A stretch of DNA of 64,000 nt. Origin: an uncultured Acidobacteriota bacterium. GTDB lineage: Bacteria; Acidobacteriota; Thermoanaerobaculia; Thermoanaerobaculales; Sulfomarinibacteraceae. The stretch is taken from positions 181,661 to 245,660 of the forward strand of contig CAWJPW010000005.1 of the NCBI GenBank assembly GCA_963844845.1, in the 5' to 3' direction. Below the pieces are notes generated by a model, which ran no database searches, was not told the DNA's origin, and worked only from the letters and a program-made list of their open reading frames with translations. The position numbers were made by a program, and so were the translations under genes. Below are positions 43,793 through 53,148 of this stretch, piece after piece. Every line of letters starts with the position of its first letter. Position 1 is the stretch's first letter.

Positions 43793-44486
43793 AGGTGCCG
43801 TTCATGGTGCCGACGTCCTCAATCACGCTGAAAGACCCGTCCTCCTCGCGCCGCAGCCGGGCATGGCGACGCGACACCGATCGTTTGGGGTCCACCGTCG
43901 AAAGATCGATGTCGGGGTGGATGCTGGTGACCGGGTCGCTACGGCCGATCGTCGTTTCACGCGTGTCGACGAGCGGGAAGGCGGTTCCGCTCGACACCTC
44001 CACGAGACGAACGCTGGGATCGGGCGCGGCCCGCGGCCCTTCAGTGATGCCGGAGACCTCGAGGTCCACCTCATGCCCCACTGCCTCCTCGAGCATCCGC
44101 GTGGTCTCGCGCAGTCGCCGCACCAGCTTGCGCATCATGCGGATGGCGATCTCGGGGTTGTGCTCGAGGATGAAGATGAAGGCCGCCTGGTCGATCATCA
44201 CCGCGTCCACGTCGCTCTTTGCCACGGCGGTGGCCGAACGTGGGGACTCCTCCTCGAGCATGCACATCTCGCCGAAGAAGTCTCCCTTGCCGAGGAGGGC
44301 GAGCACCCGCAGCTCCTTGCCCATGCGCTTCTTGATCTCCACCTCACCGGTCTCGACGATGTACATGGCGAGGCCGAGGTCGTGCTCCGAGAAGATCACC
44401 GACCCCTTGGGAAAGTGCGTGCGCAGCGGTTCGAGGGAGTCGTGTGCCGAGGACCCTCCCGGCGCGGTGGTCCTGAACTTGGCCAT
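43680..44486 (-). CDS. Cyclic-nucleotide-binding domain + FHA domain protein
   Basis: ATG at 44486 with GGAGGAG 4 nt upstream, overlapping the upstream stop by 1 nt. The cNMP motif is GDFFGEMCMLEE..RSATAVA. The C-terminal FHA has TTIGRS...VSRRHARL...DVGTMNGTFVNG. Confidence 0.8.
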   Translation of the reverse strand: MAKFRTTAPGGSSAHDSLEPLRTHFPKGSVIFSEHDLGLAMYIVETGEVEIKKRMGKELRVLALLGKGDFFGEMCMLEEESPRSATAVAKSDVDAVMIDQAAFIFILEHNPEIAIRMMRKLVRRLRETTRMLEEAVGHEVDLEVSGITEGPRAAPDPSVRLVEVSSGTAFPLVDTRETTIGRSDPVTSIHPDIDLSTVDPKRSVSRRHARLRREEDGSFSVIEDVGTMNGTFVNGVRLSTGRPYPIGSGDTLILGTVRCQFEVESAAT

Positions 44487-45385
44487 CAGCTCCTCCACAG
44501 AATGTGGCCGGCGCGGGTGTCGATCTCCACCTCGGCGCCCACGGGAAAGGCGCGGTTATCGGCACCGTGCCCGAAGGGAAGTCCAGTAACCACCGGAGCA
44601 TCAGGCGGAGCGGCCTCGCGCATGAGCTCCCGCCAGCGGCCCCTCTCGCAAGGCTTGCCGCAGCCTCGCAAGCTCCCACCAATCAATGCTTTCACGTTGC
44701 GGAATCTAGCAGAGGCAGCGAGGTGGGTCAACATGCGGTCGAGGCGGTAGATGGGCTCCCCAACGTCCTCGAGGAAGACGACCGCTCCGTCCCACAGTGG
44801 CTCATTGGGGGTCCCGACCAGGCTACACAGCACCGCGAGGTTGCCCCCCACCGCGGTACCCGATGCGCGCCCCGGGCGCACCACAGCCGCGGGCGGAACC
44901 GAGAACAGAGAAGGCCCGCCTGGTCCGGCGGTGAGCAGCCGCCAGAGATGCCCTGCGTTGCGTCCGCGAAGCAGGTCTGCCGCCACCATGGGCCCGTGCA
45001 GCTGCACACCCCCGCCCGCGGCCAGCATTCCGGAAAGAACCGCCGTGACGTCGGAGTAGCCCACCACCACGACGTCCGCCGCCACCAGGCGGGGCCACGG
45101 CATTCGCGCCAGCAGCCGGGTCGAGCCGTACCCACCACGCGCCGCCAGCAGCACCCTGGCGCCGCGGTCGAGGACATCATCAAGGCCGGCCAGCCGGGCA
45201 TCGTCGCCCCCTGCCAGGTAGCCCTCCGGGCCACGAGAGGCGAGGTTGGAGGCGCACATCACCGGGTGACCACGCTCTCGCAGCCAGTCGACCCCAAGTG
45301 CGAGCCGCGCCGGGTCCACCGGCCCGGACAGGGCAATCACGCCGACGGGCTCGCCGGGTTGGAGGGGAACGAAGGTGCGGCTCAC
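44486..45385 (-). CDS. LD-carboxypeptidase (peptidase S66, LdcA-like)
   Basis: VGVIALSGP, GYLAGGDDARL, ARGGYGSTRLL, VGYSDVTA and GLPFGHG motifs. The start was moved to GTG 45385 because the track ORF (to 45484) runs into the rnpB RNA. Confidence 0.8.
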   Translation of the reverse strand: MSRTFVPLQPGEPVGVIALSGPVDPARLALGVDWLRERGHPVMCASNLASRGPEGYLAGGDDARLAGLDDVLDRGARVLLAARGGYGSTRLLARMPWPRLVAADVVVVGYSDVTAVLSGMLAAGGGVQLHGPMVAADLLRGRNAGHLWRLLTAGPGGPSLFSVPPAAVVRPGRASGTAVGGNLAVLCSLVGTPNEPLWDGAVVFLEDVGEPIYRLDRMLTHLAASARFRNVKALIGGSLRGCGKPCERGRWRELMREAAPPDAPVVTGLPFGHGADNRAFPVGAEVEIDTRAGHILWRS

Positions 45386-45423
45386 CTCCCCAGGATACCC
45401 GAGGGGACCGGTGCGGGCAGCCG

Positions 45424-45818
<395 letters not shown>

Positions 45819-45821
45819 CTC

Positions 45822-45827
45822 AGTATA
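45822..45827 (-). promoter_or_regulatory. -10 box TATACT for rnpB
   Basis: TATACT lies immediately (3-4 nt) upstream of the P1 5' strand. Confidence 0.4.
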
Positions 45828-45983
45828 GCTCGCTGCCGACCCAAGCGCTCCTTCACCCGAGTCTCATCCCGGGCCGCTGTGGTCTCAGCTCAATGACAAC
45901 GAGTGACAGGCCTCGCGATCGCGGTGTACCATGCGTGTACTTCGCCCCTCGGGGCATTCATCTCGACTTTCGGAGGAGATCCC

Positions 45984-48900
45984 ATGAAGACCAAGCTCGC
46001 CCTCGCCGCGTGTCTCATTACCGCGGTCGCCGCTGGCGTTTCGGCCCAGACCACCGTCTTCATCAACGAGATCCACTACGACAACACCGGCGGCGACAGT
46101 GGAGAGGCCGTCGAGGTGGCAGGACCGTCGGGCGCCAACCTCACCGGATGGTCTCTGGTGCTCTACAACGGCAACGGAGGCGGCAGCTACGGCACCATCA
46201 ATCTCTCGGGCACCATCGCGAACCTGTGCTCTGGATTCGGCGTGATAAGCGTGTCCGCCCCTGGGCTCCAGAACGGTTCGCCGGACGGTATCGCCCTCGT
46301 CGACTCCAGCAGCACCGTCGTCCAGTTCCTCAGCTACGAGGGACCTTTCGCCGCCGTCGGTGGCCCGGCAGACGGGCTGACGAGCACCGACATCGGCGTG
46401 GCGGAGGCGGGCGGGTCGGCGGTGGGCGACTCGCTTCAGCTCACCGGTACGGGGTCGACCTACGAGGACTTCACCTGGGCGGGATCGTCGCCCAACACCT
46501 TCGGTGCCTGCAACACCGGTCAGACCTTCACCGGGGGAAGCACCGGCCCGACCGATCCCGTCATCAATGAGTTCGTGGCCAATCACACCGGCACCGACAT
46601 CAACGAGTACGTCGAAATCAAGGGTGACGCCGACACCGACTACTCCGCATTCACGCTCCTGGTCATCGAGGGGGACTCCACCGGCGCTGGAGCCGTCGAC
46701 AGGGTCTACCCGATCGGGACGACCAACGCGGCGGGCTACTGGCTCACCGGTTTCCTCAACAACCAGATCGAGAACGGATCACTCACCCTGCTGCTCGTGG
46801 AGGGGTTCTCCGGCGCGGCCGGCGACGACCTCGACACCGACAACGACGGCACCCTGGACACCTCGCCGTGGACCCGGATCGTCGACTCGGTGGCCGTCAG
46901 CGACGGGGGCGGCACCGACAGCTGGTACTCTCCGGTCGTCCTCGCACAGGGCTATGACGGGCAGTCATTCACCCCGGGCGGCGCGTCGCGTATTCCCGAT
47001 GGCTCCGACACCGACTCGACGGGCGACTGGATACGCAACGACTACGATGGTGCGGGCCTCGTCGGCTTTGTCGGGTCGCCCGCCTTCGGCGAGGCGTTCA
47101 ACACCCCCGGCACAGTCAACGTGGCGGTGCCGTCGCCCCTCCTCATCAACGAGATCAACGCCGATCCCGACTCCTCCACGGGCGACGCCAACGGCGACGG
47201 AACGGTCGGCTACGCCGACGACGAGTTCGTGGAGATCGTCAACACCACCGCGGGCGATCTCGACGTGTCGGGCTGGACCCTCTCGGACGGCTTCAGCGTG
47301 CGCCACACCTTCCCGGCGAACAGCATCGTCACCGCCGGTTGCGCGGTGGTCGTGTTCGGTGGCGGCACCCCCACCGGGCCCTTCGGCGGTGCCCTCGTCC
47401 AGACCGCGAGCACCGGCACGCTGGGCCTCAACAACGGCGGCGACACCGTCGCCCTCATGGACGGATCAACGATCTACGCCAGCTACGCCTACGGCAGCGA
47501 GGGCGGTAACAACCAGTCGCTCACCCGCGACCCGGACGTCGTCGGCGGTGAGCCGCTCGTGCAGCACACAACCGCTACGGGGGCTGTAGGACGGCGCTTC
47601 TCACCCGGCACCCAGGTGACCCTCCTGCCATTTGCAGGCTGCCTGTGGAGCCCTCCGGTGGTGGCCATCCATGACATCCAGGGCCCGGGGATCACCTCCC
47701 CCTACGCCGGGCAGATCGTGACCACGAGCGACAACATCGTCACCGCGGTGGGCGGGGACGGCTTCGTTATCCAGGCCCCCGATGCCGCGACCGACGCCGA
47801 CCCGGACACCTCCGAGGGGATCTACGTCTTCACCGGGGCGGCCCCAACAGTGGCGGTGCGCGACCAGGTGGACGTCACCGGTGCGGTCACGGAGTACTAC
47901 GACCTCACCGAGATCAGCCTGCCCACCGACGTGACCGTCGACTCCTCCGGCAATCCGCTCCCGGCACCCGTCGTGCTCGACATAACGGTGCCCTCCCCGA
48001 ATCAGCCCTGGCCGACCGTGGAGATGGAGCGTCTCGAAGGCATGCGGGTGAGCGTTGCAGACGGCTTCGCGGCCTCCGGCAACCAGAGCTTCACCAGCGA
48101 TCCCGTGGCCGAGCTCAAGATCACCTCCGCCGGAAGCCGCCCCTTCCGAGAGCCCGGCATCGACTACGAGTACCAGATCGCCGGCCTTCCCGTATTCGAC
48201 AGCAACCCCGAGATCTTCGAGCTCGATCCCGACCGCCTCGGCCTCGCCAACGTCGAGGCTGTGGGAGGCTCGACCTTCTCCGCAACGGGCGTGATCGGCT
48301 ACGACTATGGCGACTACGAGCTCTGGCCCACCGAGCTTACGATGACGTCCGCCGCGCTGCCCCGCGCCGTCCGGGCCCGGGTCACCGGCGAGCTGACCGT
48401 CGGATCGCTCAACCTGCTCCGCCTGTTCGACGACGTCGACGACCCCGATGACGTCAACGCCGACGGTTGGCCGCGCCAGGACGTCGTCGTCTCCACCACC
48501 GAGTACCAGCGGCGCCTGCGTAAGGACTCCCTGTACGTCCGCACCGTGCTCGGGGCTCCCGACATCCTCGGCGTCCAGGAGGCCGAGAGCCTCAAGGTGC
48601 TCGAGGACCTGGCGGCCCAGATCGCCGCCGACGACCCGACGGTGTCCTACTCCGCCTACCTCGTCGAGGGCAACGACTCCGGGACCATCGACGTGGGCTT
48701 CCTGGTCCGCGATACCGTGTCGGTCTCGGCGGTCACCCAGCTCGGCAAGGACGAGACCTACACCTTCGGCGGCGGCACACCCGAGATCCTCAACGACCGT
48801 CCGCCGCTTCTCATCGAAGGCAGCTACACCGGCAACGGAAGCCCGTTCCCCCTCGCGGTCATGGTCGTGCACAACCGCTCACGCAACGGTATCGACGACG

Positions 48901-49826
48901 CCTCGGACGGGCTCAAGCGCCGCACCAAGCGCCTCGAGCAGGCCAAGTCCATCGCCGACAAGGTCCAGGCGTATCAGACCGCCAACCCGACGATTCCCCT
49001 GGTCCTCGTGGGCGACTTCAACGCCTTCGAGTTCACCGATGGCTATGCCGACGTGCTCGGCGAGATCGCCGGTGACGTCGACCCCACCGAGAGCGAGCTT
49101 CCGGTCGACGACCGCGTGGACCCCAACCTCACGATCCAGACCCTAGCGGTGCCCACTGCCGAGCGCTACTCGTACGTCTACGACGGTACCGCGCAGGCCT
49201 TCGACCATGCCCTCACCTCGCAGGCGGCCGCGCCGTTCGTCCGCGGCATGGAGTACGGTCGCGCCAACGCCGATGCGCCCGAGGACTCGGACGTACTCGA
49301 CAACAGCCCCCTGCGCTGCTCCGACCACGACGGCTTCGTGCTCTACCTCATGACCGATGCCGATGGCGATGGTACTGCCGACGACGCCGACAACTGCCCC
49401 GTTCTCGCCAACCCCGACCAAGCCGACGTCGACGGCGATGGGCTCGGCGACGCGTGCGACGCCTGCGAGGACACCCTTGCACCGGCGTTGAGCGGCGTTC
49501 CTGCCGGGCCCACGTTCTTGCAGGGACAGGCGTCGGACTGCAGCGGCATCAGCGGAATCACCCTGGCGCCCGGCGCCTCCAACCTCTCCCTCCAGGCCAC
49601 CGGCGCCCCCGGCCAACCCGAGTGGACCTTCCGAGTGGCCCTGGTCGATCCAGGTCAGCAGGGTGCCGGCACCGTGGTTGCGACCGACGCGGGAAGACGC
49701 AGCAGCAGCCTCGAAGTCCGGCTTCCCAACCAGAGCGTGGGCATACCCGCCGCCACACCGGCGGGCGCAGCCGCACTCGCACTCCTCCTCGCCCTCGCCG
49801 GAGCAGCTCTGATACGGCGCGTATGA
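45984..49826 (+). CDS. ExeM/NucH-family extracellular nuclease: lamin-tail (LTD) domains + endonuclease/exonuclease/phosphatase domain + thrombospondin type-3 repeats + C-terminal sorting-signal-like tail
   Basis: ATG at 45984 with a GGAGGAG SD, and a signal peptide. INEIHYDNTGGDSGEAVEV and two further INE(F/I) LTD starts. EEP motifs LTVGSLNL ... LVGDFNAF ... CSDHDG. DNCPVLANPDQADVDGDGLGDACD. The tail is IPAATPAGAAALALLLALAGAALIRRV. Confidence 0.8.
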   Translation: MKTKLALAACLITAVAAGVSAQTTVFINEIHYDNTGGDSGEAVEVAGPSGANLTGWSLVLYNGNGGGSYGTINLSGTIANLCSGFGVISVSAPGLQNGSPDGIALVDSSSTVVQFLSYEGPFAAVGGPADGLTSTDIGVAEAGGSAVGDSLQLTGTGSTYEDFTWAGSSPNTFGACNTGQTFTGGSTGPTDPVINEFVANHTGTDINEYVEIKGDADTDYSAFTLLVIEGDSTGAGAVDRVYPIGTTNAAGYWLTGFLNNQIENGSLTLLLVEGFSGAAGDDLDTDNDGTLDTSPWTRIVDSVAVSDGGGTDSWYSPVVLAQGYDGQSFTPGGASRIPDGSDTDSTGDWIRNDYDGAGLVGFVGSPAFGEAFNTPGTVNVAVPSPLLINEINADPDSSTGDANGDGTVGYADDEFVEIVNTTAGDLDVSGWTLSDGFSVRHTFPANSIVTAGCAVVVFGGGTPTGPFGGALVQTASTGTLGLNNGGDTVALMDGSTIYASYAYGSEGGNNQSLTRDPDVVGGEPLVQHTTATGAVGRRFSPGTQVTLLPFAGCLWSPPVVAIHDIQGPGITSPYAGQIVTTSDNIVTAVGGDGFVIQAPDAATDADPDTSEGIYVFTGAAPTVAVRDQVDVTGAVTEYYDLTEISLPTDVTVDSSGNPLPAPVVLDITVPSPNQPWPTVEMERLEGMRVSVADGFAASGNQSFTSDPVAELKITSAGSRPFREPGIDYEYQIAGLPVFDSNPEIFELDPDRLGLANVEAVGGSTFSATGVIGYDYGDYELWPTELTMTSAALPRAVRARVTGELTVGSLNLLRLFDDVDDPDDVNADGWPRQDVVVSTTEYQRRLRKDSLYVRTVLGAPDILGVQEAESLKVLEDLAAQIAADDPTVSYSAYLVEGNDSGTIDVGFLVRDTVSVSAVTQLGKDETYTFGGGTPEILNDRPPLLIEGSYTGNGSPFPLAVMVVHNRSRNGIDDASDGLKRRTKRLEQAKSIADKVQAYQTANPTIPLVLVGDFNAFEFTDGYADVLGEIAGDVDPTESELPVDDRVDPNLTIQTLAVPTAERYSYVYDGTAQAFDHALTSQAAAPFVRGMEYGRANADAPEDSDVLDNSPLRCSDHDGFVLYLMTDADGDGTADDADNCPVLANPDQADVDGDGLGDACDACEDTLAPALSGVPAGPTFLQGQASDCSGISGITLAPGASNLSLQATGAPGQPEWTFRVALVDPGQQGAGTVVATDAGRRSSSLEVRLPNQSVGIPAATPAGAAALALLLALAGAALIRRV

Positions 49827-49836
49827 CCGACCCACC

Positions 49837-49866
49837 GGGCAGGGCTGCGTGCGCGCAGCCCTGCCC
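49837..49866. terminator. Perfect 13-bp-stem hairpin (GGGCAGGGCTGCG-TGCG-CGCAGCCCTGCCC) between convergent genes
   Basis: Read directly. It begins 11 nt after the nuclease stop. Confidence 0.5.
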
Positions 49867-49882
49867 GGGCGCACAACGAAAC

Positions 49883-49905
49883 GGGGACGGACTCTGTCCG
49901 TCCCC
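49883..49905. terminator. Second hairpin (GGGGACGGAC-TCT-GTCCGTCCCC) followed by CCTTGCGTTGTG
   Basis: Perfect 10-bp stem read directly, in tandem with the first hairpin. Confidence 0.5.
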
Positions 49906-50039
49906 GCCTTGCGTTGTGCACCGCCCCCGACTCGAGCATGCCCCTGCTGGGACGAGCCACGAACACACCGAAGCCGTAGCGGACAGTTCGGAACTGAAGA
50001 TGAGCGCGGCGCCGAAGAGGGCCTTTTGCTTTCTTCGCG

Positions 50040-51119
50040 CTACCCCGGCGTGTCGAAACGCACGTCCACGTCGAGGCGACGGAGCTTCTTGAAAAGACCC
50101 GCCCGGCTCAGGCCCAGCCTCTTGGCCGCCTCCGTGCGGTTGCCGCCGCAGTCCACGAGGACCCGAGCCACGAGCCAACGCTCGACCCGCTCCCTCGCCT
50201 GAGCCAGAGGCAGTGAGGGAAGCTCGTGGAGGGCCGGGACAGGCACGCTGCCGACCGGCTCGAGGCCCGCGGACGGTGAGGGCGTCTCGAACTGGTGCAA
50301 TCGGGCTCGCCCGAGCACCGCATCCACTGCCGCCATCAACGCTCGCATGTCGGCCACCGCCGGAGGATCCTCGGTGAAACGAACGAGCAGGACGTAGTTG
50401 CGGCGCAGACTGGCGAGCAGGGCCTGCTCCCCCTCGGCGGCGAGCTGGCGCACGGTATGGCTGCCCTGCGACGAGGCGTGCTCGCGGACCAGCTGCCCGA
50501 GCGTGACCTCGGCTCCGAGCAGCCGCCCCAGGTCTCCGGCGCTGGCGGCCATCGCCACGGCCCGGTCGTCGTCGCGATAGAGGACCATCGCGCCCTCGAA
50601 GGAGAGCCGCGCCACCGCGAAGTCGAGGAGATCGCTGAGATCGCCGCTCCGGGTGGCGTTGGCCGTCTGCTCGAGCAGGTCGACCATGTCCTCCATCGAT
50701 GCGTCACTCCGGTAGTGCATCGTGTCCTCGCGCTCCGGCTCGGTCTCGAGGGGCAGGTTGCTCCCACTCTCCGGACTCTCACGGAGACCGAGCTGATCGA
50801 GCCGGTAGCTCCCGCTCGTCACCTCGAGAATCACCATGGCCGCCGACGACACGTTGAGCTGGTCGCCACAGCGGAGCTCGCTCGCGGCCACGCGCTGACC
50901 GTTCACGAACGTCCCGTTCTTGGAGTTGAGGTCGGTGACGTGGAAGACCTTCCCCAGCTCGCTCACCTCGAGGATCGCGTGATGCCGCGAGACGTCCTTG
51001 TGCCCGAGTACAACGTCGTTGTCCGGACGGGAACCGATCCGGTAGGCTCTTCCGGGCTGCAGCTCGTACCTCTGCTCACCCTGCTCCGGGCGGCTGTACA
51101 CGAGGACGTAGTGTGTCAT
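50040..51119 (-). CDS. FHA-domain transcriptional regulator with C-terminal Fis-type HTH
   Basis: The N-terminal FHA has YRIGSRPDNDVVLGHKDVSRHHAIL...NSKNGTFVNG. The C-terminal GGNRTEAAKRLGLSRAGLFKKLRRL is an HTH_8. The central 170 aa are unassigned. Confidence 0.8.
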   Translation of the reverse strand: MTHYVLVYSRPEQGEQRYELQPGRAYRIGSRPDNDVVLGHKDVSRHHAILEVSELGKVFHVTDLNSKNGTFVNGQRVAASELRCGDQLNVSSAAMVILEVTSGSYRLDQLGLRESPESGSNLPLETEPEREDTMHYRSDASMEDMVDLLEQTANATRSGDLSDLLDFAVARLSFEGAMVLYRDDDRAVAMAASAGDLGRLLGAEVTLGQLVREHASSQGSHTVRQLAAEGEQALLASLRRNYVLLVRFTEDPPAVADMRALMAAVDAVLGRARLHQFETPSPSAGLEPVGSVPVPALHELPSLPLAQARERVERWLVARVLVDCGGNRTEAAKRLGLSRAGLFKKLRRLDVDVRFDTPG

Positions 51120-51169
51120 GTCTTCTCCACCCCGTTAGCGGGGCTCGACTTGTCTCCTGACCGTGCTGG

Positions 51170-51198
51170 ATTGTGACATTGCCGAGAGGGCATTACAA
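51170..51198 (-). promoter_or_regulatory. Sigma70-like promoter candidate TTGTAA-N17-CACAAT for the FHA regulator gene
   Basis: The minus strand reads TTGTAATGCCCTCTCGGCAATGTCACAAT, about 50 nt upstream of ATG 51119. Confidence 0.4.
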
Positions 51199-51210
51199 CT
51201 GGGGCCTCCG

Positions 51211-51894
51211 TCACGCGACCCGCGACGAACGGCTGACCAGGTATCCCGAAGGAGATCCCGGCACGAAGCGAAACTGCAGCCGCACGTCCCCCTGGTTGGC
51301 CTCGACCACTGCCGCCCCCTCGGAGACGCTGCGCAGGCTACGGCTGGCACTCTGCATCACCCGCGCTCGCAGCAGACGCGACACCTCCTCCATCTGCGCG
51401 AGATCCTCGAGCAGAAGCGTGATACGCAGGCTGCGCTCGAGGCCCACCATCAGCTGCCGTACGACCTCGTCGAAGGCAGCAGCCATCGCTTCGAGGCTCA
51501 GGCCGCCGCTCCCGAGCAACCCCAGAGGCTCCAGCGCCAGGGATTGGAGGCCGCGGCGAGCCGCATCGGCGGCCACCGCCAAGAGGGCCCGCTGGACGTC
51601 ACCCGGCCGGGCAGACGGCCGTTGATCAAGGTCGTGCACCACCGCCTGATACATCCAGTATGGCCGCTGTTCGCTGGGCCTGAGCACGAGATAGCGACCC
51701 AGCGGAACCGGCCTGAACGCGGCCAAGGCAAGGTAGGCGGAGGCGAGGCTGTCGCTCTCGTCGAGGTCGAGGACGGGCGGCGAGCTCAGCACCAGGTTGC
51801 GGTCCTCCTGAACCACCAGGGCGTCGGGGGTGAGACGTCGACCCGGCGAGTCGTGGAGGTCGAGCTCCCAGCGCACACACGATGAGACAGTCAC
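51211..51894 (-). CDS. Hypothetical protein (227 aa), no family recognised
   Basis: GTG at 51894 lies 6 nt after a TAGACT box. GC3 is high throughout. It sits between the ClpX-like ATPase and the FHA regulator. Confidence 0.5.
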   Translation of the reverse strand: MTVSSCVRWELDLHDSPGRRLTPDALVVQEDRNLVLSSPPVLDLDESDSLASAYLALAAFRPVPLGRYLVLRPSEQRPYWMYQAVVHDLDQRPSARPGDVQRALLAVAADAARRGLQSLALEPLGLLGSGGLSLEAMAAAFDEVVRQLMVGLERSLRITLLLEDLAQMEEVSRLLRARVMQSASRSLRSVSEGAAVVEANQGDVRLQFRFVPGSPSGYLVSRSSRVA

Positions 51895-51900
51895 CCGATC

Positions 51901-51906
51901 AGTCTA
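51901..51906 (-). promoter_or_regulatory. -10 box TAGACT 6 nt before GTG 51894 (leaderless-type promoter)
   Basis: The minus strand reads TAGACT-gatcgg-GTG. Confidence 0.4.
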
Positions 51907-51952
51907 CTCCACCGGATCAGGCCGGCCCCAGACGCACACCCGGGGCCGCACC

Positions 51953-53098
51953 CTACAGTGCACGGCGGACCAGGTCGGCGGTGACCACCAGCCTGTGCCC
52001 CGATCCCTCGCGTTTCTCGAGGCCCTCGAACTTCCACGGGTCGAACTCCAGGCGGTTGATGATCTTGCCGAAGATGGTGCGGAGCGCCCGGGCGCCAGTA
52101 CGGGTGTTCTTCTCCGCCTGCTCGGCGATCAGGGCCGCCGCCAGGTCCTCCATCTCGAGCTCGATGTCCATCACCTCGAAGTAGCGCTTGGAGCGCACGA
52201 ACGGGGAGTCCACCGAGCGCAGCAGGATCTCCTTGAGCACCTCGCCGGAGAGATCGCGCAGCAGCACCACGTTGTCGAAGCGGGCCATGAACTGCGGCAC
52301 CATGCCGTAGGTGAAGAGGTCTTCGGGCTTGAGAAAATCGGCCAGGGCAAAACGCGTCTCGATGCGCACCTGCCCGTCGGCGGTGCGGATCGCCTGCGAT
52401 TTCATCTTCTCGCCGCTGCCCGGCTTGGCGACTCGAAAGTAGACCTGATCGTAGAGGCCCTCGAACGCACCGCCACAGATGAACATCATCCCCTTGGTGT
52501 CGATGTCCAGGGTGACCGGGCGCTCCTCTCCGTCCACCACGGCGTGAGTCCGGAAGGCCACTCGCTCCCCCTCCATGAGGGTGAGCAGGCCCTGCTGCAG
52601 CACCACACCCAGTGGGTTCGGTTTCCCCGCCACCACCGCTGCCATCTTGTCGATCTCGTCGATGCAGATGGTGGCGCGCTCCATGGCGCTCTTCAGCGCC
52701 TCCACCGTCGAGTCGCTGCCGAGAATCGCTCGCGCGCGCTGCTCCACCGCCGCCAGCAACCGGTCGGGTCGGAACTCCAGGCGATCCGGGTCCACCAGCA
52801 GGTTCGCGTTGATGATGGTCATGGCCCGGAACCGGTCGTACTCGGCAACGTCGTGGTAGAGGCGCTGAACGTTGTTCATGATCGTCGTCTTGCCGGTACC
52901 CGAGCTGCCGATGAGCAGCAGGTTGCCTGGCACCTTGCCGGTCACGTGCTTGTAGATCGCCACCGACACGTAGCGCAAGGCGCCGTCCTGTCCCAGCACT
53001 CCCCGCCCGAGCTCCTGGAAGATCTGAGGCGGAGTGATCTCCTCGAGGCCGCGCAGAGACCCAGCCGACTGCTCGGCCGCGCTTCGGTCAGACGTCAT
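51953..53098 (-). CDS. ClpX-like AAA+ ATPase lacking the zinc-finger N-domain, the GYVG pore loop and the IGF ClpP-docking loop
   Basis: ATG at 53098 with a GGGGAGGA SD. ClpX-like TPPQIFQEL...VLGQD, Walker A GSSGTGKTT, Walker B ICIDEIDK, GVVLQQGLLTLMEG, MFICGGAF, GMVPQFMARFDNVVLL and TGARALRTIF. No Cys4 N-terminus. NANLLVDPDRLEF sits where TEAGYVGED lies in ClpX. Confidence 0.75.
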   Translation of the reverse strand: MTSDRSAAEQSAGSLRGLEEITPPQIFQELGRGVLGQDGALRYVSVAIYKHVTGKVPGNLLLIGSSGTGKTTIMNNVQRLYHDVAEYDRFRAMTIINANLLVDPDRLEFRPDRLLAAVEQRARAILGSDSTVEALKSAMERATICIDEIDKMAAVVAGKPNPLGVVLQQGLLTLMEGERVAFRTHAVVDGEERPVTLDIDTKGMMFICGGAFEGLYDQVYFRVAKPGSGEKMKSQAIRTADGQVRIETRFALADFLKPEDLFTYGMVPQFMARFDNVVLLRDLSGEVLKEILLRSVDSPFVRSKRYFEVMDIELEMEDLAAALIAEQAEKNTRTGARALRTIFGKIINRLEFDPWKFEGLEKREGSGHRLVVTADLVRRAL

Positions 53099-53148
53099 GG
53101 ATCCTCCCCTGTCTCCGGGTGAACCATCGCGAGGTCCGTCCCCCATTC

